DNA of 64,000 bases from Blastocystis sp. Blastoise (Eukaryota > Protista > Bigyra: Opalinata): positions 2,232,001 through 2,296,000 of the forward strand of contig JBBPEB010000014.1 in NCBI GenBank assembly GCA_039096225.1, read 5' to 3'. Shown in pieces: positions 39,886 through 53,887 of this stretch; within the stretch, counting starts at the first letter, position 1; the number at the start of each line of letters is the position of its first letter. Made by a program: the position numbers and the translations under genes. The notes beneath the pieces are model-generated. The model made no database searches. It was not told the DNA's origin and saw only the letters and a program-made list of their open reading frames with translations.

Positions 39886-40873
39886 ATGAAGGACTTATTA
39901 GCATTATTACTGCTGTTGTTTGTAACAATTGGTAAATAGATAATTCTATTCCATTATTATCTTATTATATATTATTACTTATTTCTAGTTCAATCTGAAG
40001 CAAAGAAAGAGCTGAATCTACATTGGAAGTATACGGATGTACCTCAAGAGAATAGTAATTGGCTGTATTACAATTATGATGACTCATCATGGATTGATGG
40101 AAAGGCCTCGACCCCTTTGACAACTACTCGTTATTATCGTTTAATTACTGACTCTGTTCCTGCTGATACGAAAACTATGGTAGCTACTTTTTCTTATAAA
40201 TTTGGATTAATATTCCACCTAGGCCAGAAGAATACAGCATTTTTTAATATTCAGTCGTATGTAGTTAATATAATTATTATTTAATATACAATCTAATGGT
40301 TGTCTATATAGTTCTGACATAACTCCAAGTATATCAGCTAGTACATCTAGTGTTGAAGTTGCTAATGATGAGTATATATCTTATAGTATTTTATAATATT
40401 CTTTTTATATAGAGTATATTTCAATTATGATTATTATATTGGTGATGGTTCTAAAGCTATATTTGGTATTGAAGTTCATTTACCCAGTGAAACTGTTACT
40501 TCTTTAGAAGATATCTTATCTTGCCAAATTGTTGCTAGAATATTTACTGATAATGGTATATATATTTGTTTATTTTTATATATGTTTATTTTATATATAT
40601 ATGTTTATATATTTTTTGATATATATATATTGTTTTTAATGAAAAATTGTTATTCTATCTAGTATAAATATGAATAAAATTATTATATATATAGCTGATT
40701 ATAGTATTAATACTGAAACAGTTACTTGTGATCAGTTAGGTCTTGTAGATACAGGTGATTCATATTGTAGTGACCATAAGACACCTCAAGGCGTATGTCT
40801 TGATGCTAGTATTGCAAAATTAGATTATACTACTGTACAACCTTCTACTCATCAGTATCTAGTTTATAATAAT

Positions 40874-40919
<46 letters not shown>

Positions 40920-43900
40920 TTAATATTAATAAAAATATTAATAATAATAATTATATATATATATATATATAGAGCTGAATATTTTGATAAAATGATATTA
41001 CATATATCTTCTCTTCGTGTAAATTTATTATCTTATCATACTGTTGATGTTTCTAATGATGGTGTGGAATGGACAAATATTATGTGGTTTGCTGGCCTTT
41101 TAACTTTAGATGTTGTTCAATTTCCCTATAATTTAGATACAAAAGGAAAACCATGGAGATATCTTAGATATGGTACTGGTATGCTTTTTTTATTTTTATT
41201 ATCATTTATTTATATATAATGTTTCTTAATAAATTTTATTATTTTCATAATCAAAAAAAAAAAAAACAAAAAAAAAATTATTATTAAAAAAAATTATAAT
41301 CTCTTATTTCTCTAGGAAAAGTACTAGATCTTGATTTAGGTATAGCTACAACTTGCATAGATAGTATTGAATTAGTTCTTAAAGCTCCATCTGTAACACA
41401 AACTTCACCTGAGTATACTAATTTACTTCAAAATGCTTATATTAATGAAAATAATGTATTTGAACGTACATCTACTAAAAAAGGTACCTTCACTATATAT
41501 CCTGAAACTGAATGGAGTAGTTTTAATACAAAAACTGGTTCTTTAACAATTAATTCTGCTGTTCCTGTTTTAGAAACATATGCTGTATGTACTACTGATA
41601 TGAATGGATGTACTCTTTTAACTAGTAATATATTAATTAATTATTGTCCTTCTGAAGATGTTTGGAGTGAAACATTTATGAATACTATTGATACTAAAGA
41701 TTGCGCTAAATATTATTCAGGTAAACGTACACGTTTATGTAAAGAATTTGATATGATTGTTACTTGGGATTCTCCTGATGAAACAAATTGTATTCGAAAT
41801 TCTATTACAGTTGCTTATCCTGAAGGAATACATAATGGTGTTACTTATTATCCTATCATTCCTATTCAACCAAATTATGATGGTCCTGAAGTAACTTTTT
41901 CTGGTAATTTACCTAATGGTCTTATTCTTAATGCACATACTGGTGATATTACAGGTACTCCTACTGTTGCTACTGACGGTACTCAAGAATTTGAAATTAC
42001 TGTAACTCCTTCAGTTGGTGATGCTATTATAATTAAAGTATCTATTAATATATCACATAGTCAATGTAATGAAGATATAATTTATGGATTCCCTTCAACT
42101 AATTATGGATCATCTGCTTTTATAGCTTGTACTGCTGGTCAAATTGGTAATGGAATAAGTAGATATTGTGGTACTGATGGTTATTGGGGAACTATTCAAG
42201 GTTCATGTACTCCTTGTAATCAAGGTACTTATAATAATAATGGTGTATGTACTGAATGTACTGGTGAATTAACAGGTAATGAACAAGATGGATATTCTGC
42301 ATGTAAGAGTTGTGTAGCTACTGAAGTGGTGAATAACAAATGTGAAGCTTTTACAACTACTAACTGTAACACAGAAACATATGGAGGCTATGTATGGTAT
42401 TCTGTCTATCGTAACAATTACAGTTATAATCCTTGTCCTAAGTATTACTCAGGTAATATAAAACGTTTTTGTGAAAAGAGCAGTATTTATGGAGTATGGA
42501 GAAATGAAATAGATAGATCCGAATGTATCTTAATGAAACCTGCTTTGTTATATTCTCCTAGTATGTTTACATTTAAAACATATGAAACTATTCATACTAT
42601 TGTTCCTGATCTTTTTGGAGATTTAATAACATTGTCCATTGTTCCTTCACTTCCTTCTGGATTAAATTTTGATACTACTACAGGTATTATCTCAGGAACT
42701 CCAGTTTATGATTCCAATAATAGTGGTGAACCTGTTTCTTATACTGTTTCTATAACGAATACTAATAGTACTAGTACTCAAACAATATCTATAAGAATTG
42801 TAGATCAAATGTGTGTAACAAATAATGAATGGGTTTCAACTCCTTATGGTTCTTCTGTGGTTCATTTTTGTGAAGATCCTCTTGTTGGTCATATAACAAG
42901 AGAATGTTCAACAACAGGTTCTTGGAATGATGCTATTTCAGATTGTACTCCTTGTCTTGGAAATACTTATAAGAATGATAATGTATGTAAAGAATGTATA
43001 AATGGTATACTAATTGGTGATGCAACTCTTGGATATACAGGATGTAGTCTTTGCTCACAAAATGAAGTTGTTTATAATAAACAATGTAAATCTACATTAG
43101 TATGTTATGCTGAATTATATGATGATATTGATTGGCCAGAAACTGCTATCACTGAATCTGTTTCTCTTCCTTGTGGTCGTGGATATCAAGGTACTTCTAC
43201 ACGTGTATGCTTAAAAGATATAACAACAGGTGCTGCTTATTGGGGACAACCTGAAGGATGTATACCTAGTTCTCCAGTTATTATTTTACCTGAATCTCTT
43301 GGTCCTTTCAATACATATGTACCTATTACTCCTATTGTTCCTGAAATCTATGGACAAGTAGAATCCTTTGAAATAAAAAATCTTCCTGATGGTCTTAAAT
43401 ATGATTCTTCTACTGGTATTATTTCTGGTATTCCTACGACTGCTACAGATGGTCAAGTTATAATCACTATTACTGTTAATAAAGGTACTGATAATGAATC
43501 TACTATTTCTAGACCAATTACTATAGTAAATAGTCAATGTGCGTCTGAGACTTATAATTCCATTATATGGCCTCAAACTAATTATAATGAAAGTGCTTTG
43601 GCTAATTGTCCTGCTAATCATGCTGGGTATATTTCTAGAAAATGTTTAACTGATGGTAATTGGGGTACTGTTATTGATGGATGTTATTTATGTACAGAGA
43701 ATACTTTCTTAGATAATCATGAATGTAAAGTATGTGAAAATGGTGTTATTACTGGTAGTGATGAAACAGGTAATATAGCTTGTACTCCTTGTAATGATAA
43801 TGAAGTTAGTATTAATAATATATGTGTACCTGCTGTATATTGTAATGCAGAAGATGGTTTTGAGACTACAAAAGAAGGTCTTACTGCTGAAAAAGCATGT

Positions 43901-46900
43901 AGTGATACTTCTATATATGAAGGAAGTATTATTCGTGAATGTATTCGTGATACAAATAATAATGCTATTTGGAAAGAAGTTATTGACCAATGCAAACTTA
44001 GAAAACCTACTGCTATATACGATCCAAATACTTATATTCTTCATATTTATAATCAGATTACTCCTATTGTTCCTATAACAACTGGAAAAATCAAAACTAT
44101 TTTTGTATATCCTTCTCTTCCTTCAGGTTTAACAATTGATGATAAAACTGGTATAATTAGTGGTACACCTACTGTTGGTCAAAAAACAAAACTTCATGAT
44201 ATTTACTTAGTTAATGAAGATACGTATAGTATGTCATCAATTACCTTGACTGTTTTATCTGATTATTGTCCTCCTATTACAGAAAATGGATATGAATGGC
44301 CTGCAACTTCTCAAGGTTCAGTTGTTACAAAAACTTGTTATTCAGGAGATAATGGTGATAATGATGTTACTCGTGAATGTATTCTTGTTGATAATATATC
44401 TAAATGGAATCCTATTAATATGGGTAATTGTAATGATGACAGACCATTTATTTTTTATGAAGATAATCATAAACAATTGATTCAATTACATACAATTAGT
44501 TCTATTGAACCTACTATTACAAATATTAATGAAAATCAAATTGAAATATCAGTGAATCCTTCTTTACCTACTGGTTTACAAATAGATTCTATAACAGGTG
44601 TAATTACAGGTACTCCAGAGAGTATTATTTCCAATCAAGAATACATGATTACTATTAAGAATAAAGACACATCACTTTCTAGTAATACACTTTTATTTAT
44701 TACTGTTTTACCTAATAAATGTGAAGAGATTACTATAGATGGATATACATGGCCTGCTACAAATATAGATGAAATTGCTACTCTTGCTTGTTTTAGTGAT
44801 AATAGTATTTCAATTACTCGTCAATGTATAAAATCTGGTAATGTTGCTACTTGGGATACTATTAATGCTAATGGATGTGTAGAAAATAGACCAACTATAA
44901 AATATGATAATACTGAAGGTAGTTGTGATATCTATCAAAATGTTGATTCTCTTTTAGGTACTCCATCTATTAATAATGTTTCAGGAGGTGATTATACTAT
45001 TTCAATTTATCCAGAACTTCCTCAAGGACTTATTATTGATCCTGTTACAGGAATTATTTCAGGTACTCCTACTAAAGTTGTTACTAACAAGAATTATATT
45101 ATAACAATAACAATGAATGATAATGTTTCAATGACAACCTCAACTACTATTACTATTACTGTTCAATCTACCTATTGTCCTGAAGAAATTGTTGATGGAT
45201 ATACTTGGCCTATAACAAAAGGAAATAGTAATCCAGTGAAAGAAAAATGTCCTTATTCTAATGAAATAAATGTTGAACGCCAATGTATAACTGCTAATGA
45301 TAAGTCTTCTTGGAGTGAAATTGATTATTCAAAGTGCTCTGATTTAAGACCTTCATTCTCATACCCTACTACAAGTGTTGAATATGATATTTATATAACT
45401 ATAAGTCCTCTTACTCCTGTTGACAATATTCCATCTAATGGTATCCTTTCAATTTCTCCATCTGTTCTTCCAACTGGATTAACATTTGATTCTACTACTG
45501 GTATTATTTCTGGTATTCCTACTGAAGCTGTTGATGGATCTATATATACAATTACATTAACTGTTGATGGGTTTTCTCGTGATATATCTATTTCTATAAG
45601 TATTCTTCCAAATCATTGTCCTGAAGAAACACTTTCTGAATACACTTGGCCTGTAACTGCTGCTAATACTCTTGTTGAATTAGAATGTAATTATAATAAA
45701 GGTTTTAGTGGTTCTCGTTTATGTTCTTATAAGAATAATGTAGCTACTTGGAATGAACCAGATCTTACGCCATGTATCGATAATAGACCTAAAATAGCAT
45801 ATCCATCTGACAATTATGAATTTGATATTTATCAACAAATCACACCTATCCTTCCCATTAGTTTAATAGGTGAAAATATAGTATTAACTATAGAACCGTC
45901 TCTTCCTAATGGTCTTTCATTTTCTACACATAGTGGTATTATAGTTGGAAGACCAATTGAGTCTATATCAAAAACAGAATATACTGTTACGATTTCAAAT
46001 CAAAATGGTAAAACAACAACAACAATATATATAACAGTTAATAATAATTATTGTGCTAAAGAGACTTTAGATGGATATGAATGGCCTTCCATAAAAGTAG
46101 GTCAATCTACATCAGTTACTTGTTCATATGATATTGATACTCAAATAAATCGTTCTTGTAATTTAATTGACAATATTCCTACATGGAGTAATGTTGATTC
46201 TGTTTGTACTGATAAACGACCTACTATTTCTGGTATTGATTCTTCTTATGAATATATTATTGGCGTTTTAATTAAACCTATAATTCCTACAATCAATGGA
46301 AATGGAGATGATCATTTAGAAATATCATTATATCCTGAATTACCTTCTGGATTACAATTTATACCGGAGACTGGTGCAATTATGGGTACTCCATCTGATA
46401 TTGTAAATAATCAACAATATATTTTAACAGTTGGTAATAAGAATGGATATGTATCTGCTGATTTTACAATTACTGTAATTATACCTTCTAGTGAAACCAA
46501 TATGTGTTCTGTAACTATATTTGGACAATATAGTTGGCCTGAAAAGATATCTGGCTATAAACATTTTATTGAATGTGATAATGCTGAAAAGACACTTATG
46601 GGATATTATGGAAGATACTGTCAATCTGTTGAACAAAAATCTCAATGGGGGAATACTCAAGAACAATCCTTCTGTTGTATGTATTGTTTGCTTGATTCTT
46701 TTTAAAAATTTATATAGTTTCATTTTTTTTATATACATTATAAATAAATCTTTTTTCTGTTATTTATTTCTTATCAAATATGTAATTCATATTCTATTTC
46801 TTATATAGTTGCTCATATTCTTGAGGATGGTGAATTATTATGTGATCTATATGTTGATATTGCTTCTTATAATCATTTTGAATACAATGGCGCTGTACTA

Positions 46901-47954
46901 ATTACCTCAGTTCGTGGTATAGTACAATTATATTCATATGATCTCAATGAATTAAGAGTTGCTACTGTTCCTATTATTGAACCTGTATATAGATTATTTT
47001 ATTATTTTATTATTTTATTATTTTATTATTTTATTATTTTATATATTATATATATTATATATATTATATATATTATATATATTATATATATTATTCTGTT
47101 TCTTATATATATTATTTATAATAATAAAAAATATTAAAATAACCAACAATACTAACGCTATATTATAATAGGAATCTATTGATTATCAATTACGTGCTTT
47201 TATTCATTCTTCTATTTCTGCAAAAAATATTATAAAAGAAATTTCTAATACTGCAAATGTTACTATTATTCCAAAGTTAAATAAGATTAGTAGTTCATTA
47301 TATTCAAAGGATCTTCAGGAACGAACAACTTCTCATTATTCTATAGAAGAAAAGCCTGGACTTCAATGTATTGATGATATAAATAATAGTAATTATGATA
47401 TAGGTACATATACACCTTATTTATGTAATGGTATGACAATATCTGGATTTTATTTGAATTATTGTCATCAAAACCAATTAATTCCTACTTTACGTAATAA
47501 TAAATTCACAAAATGTTATCCTCTTCCTATTAAATCAGGTCAAACTGATCATATAGATCCTCTATTAGCTATGCCTGAACATACACGTATGACACTTGAA
47601 TTTGTTGTTAAGAATACAGATGAAGAAATATCATGTACTGATAAGATATCTCTCTATAGATTATTTATGAAATCAATTCATGTTGAACTTCTTTCTTTTG
47701 ATCTTTCTTATTATAATAAACTTAGTGGCCCTTATGAAACTAAATATACTGTTGTATTCTTAATTGAAACTTCTCCTAATCAATTTACAATACTTGAAAG
47801 TCTTCTTAATTCATTAAATAATAATGAATTATTTATAGTTTCTTTAGATAATGCATTATCATTTAATGTTGAATCATATTCTATTACTATAAATCATGTT
47901 AATAAAATATTGAATGATGCTCCTACTACTACTAGAAGACTCCGAGGATTTTAA
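39886..47954 (+). CDS. Giant secreted protein: galactose-binding-like N-terminus, 9 He_PIG/Ig-like repeats alternating with HRM-like Cys/Trp modules
   Basis: Signal peptide MKDLLALLLLLFVTI; an exon of over 5 kb with nine LPxGLxxxxxTGxIxGxP motifs and C..WP.T...C...R.C...W...C modules; C-terminus TTTRRLRGF. Confidence 0.88.
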
Positions 47955-48026
47955 TGAATATTTTTTTTAATCTATTATTTTATATTTCTTTAGGTGTATA
48001 AAAATATTTATAAATTTATTTCTTTA

Positions 48027-48355
48027 TTAATTTATTTCTTTATCAGTTTAATTATTAATTTATTTCTTTATCAATTTAATTATTAATTTATTTCTTTATC
48101 AATTTAATTATTAATTTATTTCTTTATCAGTTTAATTATTAATTTATTTCTTTATCAATTTAATTATTAATTTATTTCTTTATCAATTTAATTATTAATT
48201 TATTTCTTTATCAATTTAATTATTAATTTATTTCTTTATCAATTTAATTATTAATTTATTTCTTTATCAATTTAATTATTAATTTATTTCTTTATCAATT
48301 TAATTATTAATTTATTTCTTTATCAATTTAATTATTAATTTATTTATCAATTTAA
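48027..48355. repeat. 28-bp minisatellite (TTAATTTATTTCTTTATCA[A/G]TTTAATTA), about 11 copies
   Basis: Direct tandem copies just downstream of the giant gene's stop codon. Confidence 0.92.
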
Positions 48356-50394
48356 TGATTTAATATTCTTTTACATATATATATATCTTATTATTATCAT
48401 TTGCTTTTTGATATATCTGATATAGTACTTATCTTTTATACCATTAATAAATGTTTACACCATCTACTTGATTATTTTCTTTACTTCCTATACATTGATT
48501 TTATTCTATATTTTCTCTAATCTTTTACAGTGATATACGTTGCTTGACAGTATACCACATTCCATTTTTCATGCTTTTTTCTGTCTCTATTTACGTCTCT
48601 TTATTCTTTTTTTCGAAACATTATATTTTTTCTCAACACTTTAGGTATACATTATTGATACCTTTTTCCTTTCTTTCATAATTATTAGATACTATTATTA
48701 GAATATATGTGCTACTATTATTCAAAAAAATTATTTCTTTTTTACAATGTATACATTTATTATTTTAGTTATTCTTTAACACTTGATAGTGATTATTCTC
48801 TTTTTTTATGAACTATTACTCTAGTTCTTACTTTACAGGCGTTGTCTTAGAATAGACATGAACTATTCTTGCTCTTATTTATTCTATTCTTTTTTTTATT
48901 TATTATATTCTTTTTTTTTATTTATTTTATTCTTACTTTTATTTATTTTATTCTTACTTTTATTTATTCTATTCTTTTATGTGATATTCTTTAATTGTAT
49001 CTATTTGTCTTTTTCTCTTTTCTCTTTTTCTGTTATTATACTATAATAATAACAACTTAAAAACTATTATAGTAGTCTTATTTTAATTTAAAAATATCTT
49101 TTCATATGAAGTTAATTCTTATTAGAAACTTTTTTTCTATTATATATATGTATATATTAGCATTACCTATATTTTAAATGTATTTACACTTTTTCTTATT
49201 CTTCAATAAGACAGTTTTATATATTGAAATATATATTGAAATATATATTGCATTTTCTAAACTTTATCAATTATTATTTATTTTTTTATCTTAAATTCTT
49301 TAAGATTGCCGAATTAACCGCATTCTATACTACTTATTATAATATATAGAGTCAATCTATATATGCTAATTATATTTCTATTTTATTTCATACTTTTGAT
49401 ATACATTTAATTAATAATATTTATTATTTAAAGAAACTATTCTTAATATCTTTAATAATATATATCAATCGTATTCATTTTCTAATATACTTTTTGAGAA
49501 AAGTATATTTTAAAAATGATATCATTAAAGTCTATTTTGTTTAGATCTTTATTTGATGATTTCATTCTTTTATATTAAATATTCTTTCTATTAATCAACC
49601 ATTCTCTTAGGCTTAATTTTTTTATCTTTAAATTTTGTATATCTTAATCTGTATTAATGATATATTTATACTAATTACTTTTGCATATTACTTAGGATAT
49701 GCTTTTATTTTATTAAAAAAAATTGTTATTGTTTGTATTAGTTTGGTTTTTAAAGGAAACCTAATTAAAAAAATAAATATATAGCACTTCTCATAATTAG
49801 CTTTTTCTTTAAAAAAGAAATAAACACAGTATTGAAAAATTATGTATGTTTTTCAAAATATTATTTATGAAATAACTATTTAAGCATGATAAACAACTAT
49901 TTAAGAACAATTTAAGATACTATAAGGGCCATTTTTAAGAACTTAATTCATAATTATTTATATTTTGAATTTAAATAATATATCTAGTATTACCATTATG
50001 CTAAGTAAACCAATTTGAATTCTTTCATTTATCTAATAGTTATTTTTTAATATGAATTTGTTGTTTGATATCACAATTGAGTGTAGAAAGAATTATTACT
50101 TTTATTCTCATATCACAATCATCTGTCTTTCTTATAATTCAATCAATATTAAGTACCACATTTTAGACAAGCTTTATATTTAGAGTAATAAAAAAAATAA
50201 TGAATGAATCACAAATATTACATAATAGTGTATAGAATTTGTGAAAGTTTCGTGATTATACCATGGAGTCAGCTTTTTTTTGTATGGATTTCCTTTTATC
50301 CATAGTGGTGTATTCTTTGATTTGAACAATATTAAAATATAAAAGTATGATGAAGTTGTATCATTAACTCTTTAAATAATAAATAGTTTATATA

Positions 50395-52090
50395 ATGTTT
50401 CTTTCAATTTATCAAATGAAAACTCTTTTCTTGGCTTTTTATATATTTCTTGTTGTTGGTGTACTTATGAAATACTATGGTTTGCAGTTTAGCAGTTCAA
50501 TACATAAATTGGTTTTTTCTAGTGACTCATCTATCTACATAGAAAATGCATTTAATCCTTTACTCAATCGAGAAATTGTTAAGCTTCCAAGTAAGATATA
50601 TTAAATTGCTTATATAACATATATTCTTTTTAGATGAGTTAAATTCATCATTATTTAAGAATAAGATTGGGTTAGTTATCCAGACTGATAACATTACAAC
50701 ACATACACTAGATATGGCTACATTTTATAAAGGAAATTATAGTTTTGATCAAATATTTATTGTTCAACGTGATAGAAAACAAAATACTACTGGAATTAAT
50801 TATAAGAATACTATTTGTGATTCTTTTTCATTTCCTTATTGTGTTTTTCAAACTCTTGATGATTCAGATCATTATGCATTTATGCTTTCTATTTTTTACC
50901 AAACAAATTATGTTCTTTATATAGATGAAAATGAGATAGATTCTTCAATTGAAAAACAAATGACGTCTTCTTGGCTTGATTCTAAGATAGATGATATAAA
51001 GAATAATCAAATTGATTTATTCTCTTGTATAGTCACAGAAACAACAAAGAATAAGAATATTAAATATTTTTCTGGATGTTTGTTGATTAAACAAATGTGG
51101 ATACGACAGTTATTAACATATACAACAATTAATTTAAAGTCTTCATCAGTTATGAATTCATTATATTCTTATATGAAAGAACAGAAACAGTATGTTAAAT
51201 ATACTAGTTTTATGAATAGAGCCAATAATATTAATTTATTAAAAGATAGTTCAATTTCTTCCTTTATATGTGATGATGATACTATTAAACAAAATGATAC
51301 GATTTCAGTAGTTTCTCCTTTATATAAACGAAACACAGTATCAAATATATATAACGGTTTATTGTTACAGACAATAGTACCTAAATATTTAGTTATTTTG
51401 CAAAGTCTTCATTATATAGAAATATCAAATTCTATATTTATAAATAATACAATTCCTATTTATTATATATGGTCTCCTAATTGGAATATGAAATATCATG
51501 GTCGATTATATATTTCTTGTATTCTTGATACAAAATATATAATGTCCACTGATGATGATTATTTTTTAAATTCAAAAGGTATATTTAGTGATATAATACC
51601 AAGAATGAATAAAAAGAATGTTATTCTAGGAAAATTTGGTGAGTTAAATCACGTTGATGCTCAACTAAAACGAATACGATTCTTTTATAGTAATGATAAA
51701 CTTTATGATCACGTGGGAAATGTATTCTTTTTTACTCCAAAAATGTCAAAAATATATCTTCGATTTAAAATATATACTCTTTCTTATGGAGAAGATATAG
51801 GTTTTTGTTTAACAAATAATATAGAATGTAAAACAGAAAGTTATACAGTTGATATACCTACTTATGATACACATCACGATGCATATAGATCTATATATAA
51901 TAACAATTATACCCAATCTAATATACATAGTTATCATAATATACATACTCCAAATATGACAGAATTATTTGCTATAAAATCATTTGATGAAGTGTACAAT
52001 TATTATAAGTCTATAGGATTTATTCCTATAAATTATCATATTCTCAAGTTAAGCCAAACAATTATTAATGATGGAAAATATCATTTTTAA
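50395..52090 (+). CDS. Type II membrane glycosyltransferase-like protein (GT-A fold), 2 exons
   Basis: N-terminal TM (LFLAFYIFLVVGVL); one GT-AG intron near 50591-50633; SVVSPLYKR, KYHGR, STDDD, GEDI motifs. Confidence 0.62.
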
Positions 52091-53696
52091 TTATTTGGCT
52101 TAACTGGTTATTCAATCTGTGCTATTTTAATTTTTTTAGATTATTTTTTTATTTAGTATTTTATTTTAAATAGCAGTTTTTATCCGTTCTTTTACTTGAA
52201 TATTTTATATATTTTTATTTCTTTTTTTTTTAATTAATTTCTTTTTTTTAATAACACTTTTTGTGTAGTAGAATAAGTTTTTTTTTTACTTATGCGTTAG
52301 TCATTTTAGAACAGTTTATATCTAACAATTTATGTAGTTATTGAAATGAATTGATAATGGTTTAGTTGTTTTATATAAAGATAATTTATTGATATTTAAA
52401 AGAAAATGTTTTTGGGATTAAGTTCTAAAAATGAGGGGAATTTGCGACTTTGTATTTATTTGTTTTTCTAAAATAACAAATAGTATTATATAGAGAATTG
52501 TTTTTGCTTATTAAATATGATAATGATAATTTAATATAGTAGCATTATTTTTATATATGATGATATAATAAATTAATATTATTTATGTTAGTGATTGAAA
52601 ATTATATTAAAAAAGTAATATATAAAAAATAGTATATTCGTATAATTTGGTTTATTAATTATATTATAAGAAATAATGTATTAGCTTTTAATAAATTGAT
52701 TTATTAATGCTTCTGGGATAATATGATTATTATTTGAAGAATGAGAAATATGATTTTTATTAAAAGAAGGAGAAATATGATTATTATTAGATATATAAGA
52801 ATGCTATAAGAAAGAGAAGAAATAATGATATTGTGAGAAAAGAAATAGAAATAGTATGAGTAATAGAAGAAAACCCTGTAATCATAGAAGATAATATAGT
52901 ATTTAAAAATGGAAATTATAAGGAAATAAAGAATAATATTATTTTCTTATATATATAAATAGAAAAAATCAAATACTGTTTATCATAAGCAATTATTTAA
53001 ATTCTTTGTTTGTATTTTACAAGATATATCATTCTTTTAAAAGTTTGGTAAGAGAATACTAAGGAATATGGCTTTTATATATGTTAAAATATATATATAT
53101 GTCACTATTCAGCACCTTTGAATTATTAGAATATATTATATGCTTAATTCATATTTTCATTCAATTATTCTTCTTAAAACATCAGAAAGAGTGGAAGATT
53201 TTAAGAATTAATGAGCAAAGTTATGTATATATTTGAATTTATTTGATATTCATATATTACAGTGCCACAGAATAATTTTGTAAATGACTTTCATATGCAA
53301 ATATCAAGTACTCTATAGAATGTTCTCATTGTATGTTATTTTCATGACTATATATTTCGATTATTAACAGAATATATGTATTCAGTATTAATACAAAATT
53401 GATTAACTATAAACAATCATGATTTGTGAAGATGATTGATCACAGTGAAGCAGAACATAGATTTATTCATCCACGTATATATTAAATAATTATAATAACT
53501 TATTTGACACACATACAAAATACTAGTTTGAAATAAAACCATACTTTATAAATTAAATTATTTTCTGTTTACAAAAACTACTCTCTTCTTGTATTTCATA
53601 GTGTATATTAGAAGAAAGCATCTATTTACTAAAGTTCCTTTTATCATTTAATATTAAATCATCACAATAAACAATGTTAAAGGACTCAATTATCAT

Positions 53697-53836
53697 CAGG
53701 GTTCGCCACGAAGACTCTCTTGGAGTACAAATTTCCTAAAAGAGCCAGTTTCATGGGTACTTTTAGGCGCATAAGGCGTAGAGAAAAACTCTCTTGGAGT
53801 ACAGACCGTACTCAAAGTACAGTTTGGCGAACCCTG
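53697..53836. mobile_element. 140-bp MITE-like element with perfect 12-bp TIR CAGGGTTCGCCA (hAT-like ends)
   Basis: CAGGGTTCGCCA...TGGCGAACCCTG; internal direct repeat ACTCTCTTGGAGTACA x2; diverged second copy nearby; no TSD seen. Confidence 0.7.
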
Positions 53837-53887
53837 GATAGAACAGCATTTCATATATTTTTTTTTATCTTGTTGATTTTGTTCGTT

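Noticed and set aside
43286-44480. Antisense and alternative-frame ORFs in the giant exon and in the ABCC gene
   Set aside because: Shadow ORFs expected from T-ending codon bias; no motifs.
45441-45451. GTATCCTTT U12-like donor
   Set aside because: Lies within an uninterrupted Ig repeat of the 1701-aa ORF; no intron is needed.
48027-48355. CRISPR-like array
   Set aside because: Tandem repeats without unique spacers, in a eukaryotic context.
53720-53887. N-terminal extension of the MFS ORF, and ORF 55542-55769 with similar peptide
   Set aside because: Both are read-throughs of the 140-bp repeat with non-ATG starts; the similarity is at DNA level.
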